25,963 bases of DNA, taken from positions 1-25,963 of the forward strand of contig JBBCAV010000312.1 of the NCBI GenBank assembly GCA_051382305.1, written 5' to 3'. The stretch's first letter is position 1, and the number at the start of each line of letters is the position of its first letter. Source of the DNA: Bdellovibrionota bacterium FG-2 (lineage in GTDB: Bacteria > Bdellovibrionota > UBA1018). A program made the translations under genes and the position numbers. Of the stretch, positions 24,514 to 25,963 are shown in pieces. The notes beneath the pieces are model-generated. The model was not told the origin of the DNA, did no database searches, and saw only the letters and a program-made list of their open reading frames with translations.

Positions 24514-25932
24514 TTATCTTTTGTAAAGAGACACGCGAGAAATCATTTCTTGAATTCTTTTTTCAAGTTCTTCAGTGCTCCCCGCGTTATCTAGAACAAA
24601 GGTCGCCGCTTTTCGGCGCACCTCGTCTGAGGCTTGGGCCTCAATGATTTGCTCCGCAAGTTCACGGGAAATCTGGTCTCGGTCCATCACTCGGCTGCGT
24701 CTCACTTCGCGGGGAGCTTCGACAAGGATCAGACCCGTCAGTTCTCTGTAACGTCCGGTTTCAACAAGAAGTGATGCTTCATAAAGTAGGAAGGGGGGGC
24801 GCGTGGCACTTTTTGAAATCACATTCTTGAATCGTTTTTCGCTTTCTTGTGCAATCAGAGGATGAAGTATCGCCTCGAGATCGCTCCGGGCTTTGGAGTC
24901 CGCGAACACGATTTTTCGTAGTTCCCCGCGGTCTGCAGTTCCAAAGCGCGCAACGATGGCGTCATGGGCGGCACCGCCGAGGGCGGCGAGTTCGCGGGCA
25001 ATTGAGTCCGCATCTATGACCGGAATTCCTTGCTTCTCAAATAAGCGTGCCGCGGTCGATTTCCCTGACGCGATCCCCCCCGTGAGTCCAAAGATGGTGG
25101 GCGTTTTTTCGAGCTCTTTGGCTTCGTTCCAGAACTTGTCCATTTCCTCAAGCGTCGAGTCTTCGAGGTTTTTCCCTTGTGCTTTGATCCCACGTTCGAC
25201 GTGTCTGAAGCGGCTTTCAAAGCGCGTGAGCATCGTGCGCAGCGAGTCTTCGGGGTTTACCTTCATGAGATAAGCGAGATTGCATAGCGAGAAAAAAACA
25301 TCGCCAAATTCGTGCGCCAGTTTCCCAGGATTGCCGTTTTGCGCGTTATGAATCTCGACTTTGAGCTCCGCGAGCTCTTCTTCGAGTTTAAGAAGGGGGC
25401 CCTCTAAGTCTTTCCACTGGAATCCCACTTTCGTGGCTTTTTCGACGACTCTCGCGGCGCGCGAAAGCGCGGGGAGCCCTTTGGGGACGCCATCCAAAAC
25501 GCTTGATTCGCGGGAGATCTTGTCTTTTTCTTGGGCCTTTTGCTTTTCCCAGGTTTTAAGCGCCGAGTCCGCGGAATCCGCTTTAACGTCACCAAAAACG
25601 TGGGGGTGCCGCCTAATGAGTTTTCCGTTGAGGCCCTGAGCGACATCATTGAAGTTGAAGGCGCCTTCTTCTTCGGCGATTTCGGAGTGGATAAGGACCT
25701 GCATCAGCAGATCGCCCAGCTCTTCTTTAAAGTTTGCGCAGACGGTTGGATTTTTCAGATCTTCGGCCGAGTGGATATTATCGATGACGTCGATGACTTC
25801 ATAAGCTTCTTCGACTAAGCACGGCCGGAGCGATTGATGTGTTTGGGCTTTATCCCAAGGGCAGCCGCCGGGGGCGCGAAGCATGTGGACGGTTTCCTGG
25901 ACAGTTTCAATGGCGGGGGGTTTGTGTTTCAT
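24514..25932 (-). CDS. mazG: Fusion of MazG nucleoside triphosphate pyrophosphohydrolase (aa ~1-275) and dephospho-CoA kinase CoaE (aa ~278-472)
   Basis: MazG: LRAPGGCPWDKAQT, EEAYE, EELGDLL, KLIRRHPHVFG, GFQW, EFGD, EMDKFWNEAK. CoaE: IFGLTGGIASGKS, IDADSIA, LEAILHPLI, RD, IIEAQ, LDNAG. Both lie in one uninterrupted ORF. Confidence 0.9.
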   Translation of the reverse strand: MKHKPPAIETVQETVHMLRAPGGCPWDKAQTHQSLRPCLVEEAYEVIDVIDNIHSAEDLKNPTVCANFKEELGDLLMQVLIHSEIAEEEGAFNFNDVAQGLNGKLIRRHPHVFGDVKADSADSALKTWEKQKAQEKDKISRESSVLDGVPKGLPALSRAARVVEKATKVGFQWKDLEGPLLKLEEELAELKVEIHNAQNGNPGKLAHEFGDVFFSLCNLAYLMKVNPEDSLRTMLTRFESRFRHVERGIKAQGKNLEDSTLEEMDKFWNEAKELEKTPTIFGLTGGIASGKSTAARLFEKQGIPVIDADSIARELAALGGAAHDAIVARFGTADRGELRKIVFADSKARSDLEAILHPLIAQESEKRFKNVISKSATRPPFLLYEASLLVETGRYRELTGLILVEAPREVRRSRVMDRDQISRELAEQIIEAQASDEVRRKAATFVLDNAGSTEELEKRIQEMISRVSLYKR

Positions 25933-25963
25933 CTTTTGTTTTGTGTGATACTGTGTTTGTGTC

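Overview
This window holds a large flagellar gene cluster on the + strand (1-21870). The order is partial fliF, fliG, fliH, fliI, fliJ, a MotE/YlxF-like gene, fliK, flgD, a TIGR02530-type flagellar operon protein, flgE, fliL, fliM, fliN, fliO, fliP, fliQ, fliR, flhB, flhA, flhF, a strongly reduced flhG-like gene and fliA. Four minus-strand genes converge on it: a MazG-CoaE fusion, a Cys-containing lipoprotein, a TraF/FadL-like outer-membrane barrel and a PilZ protein. Gene order and protein style suggest a Bdellovibrionota-like organism, which is my inference and was not searched. Most notable: (1) an RNase-like (BECR/DUF4258-type HAxxRxxxR motif) TIGR02530 protein sits directly upstream of a structured flgE leader, and flgE is flanked on both sides by hairpins sharing TTGATTGA; (2) a 128-aa mini-FlhG keeps the FlhF-activator motif but has no ATPase motifs, next to an FlhF whose G2 Arg is replaced by Lys; (3) there is an alternative-pairing switch over the flgD Shine-Dalgarno; (4) FliA carries a ~100-aa N-terminal extension; (5) MazG is fused in frame to dephospho-CoA kinase. 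I saw no rRNA, tRNA, CRISPR array or mobile element.
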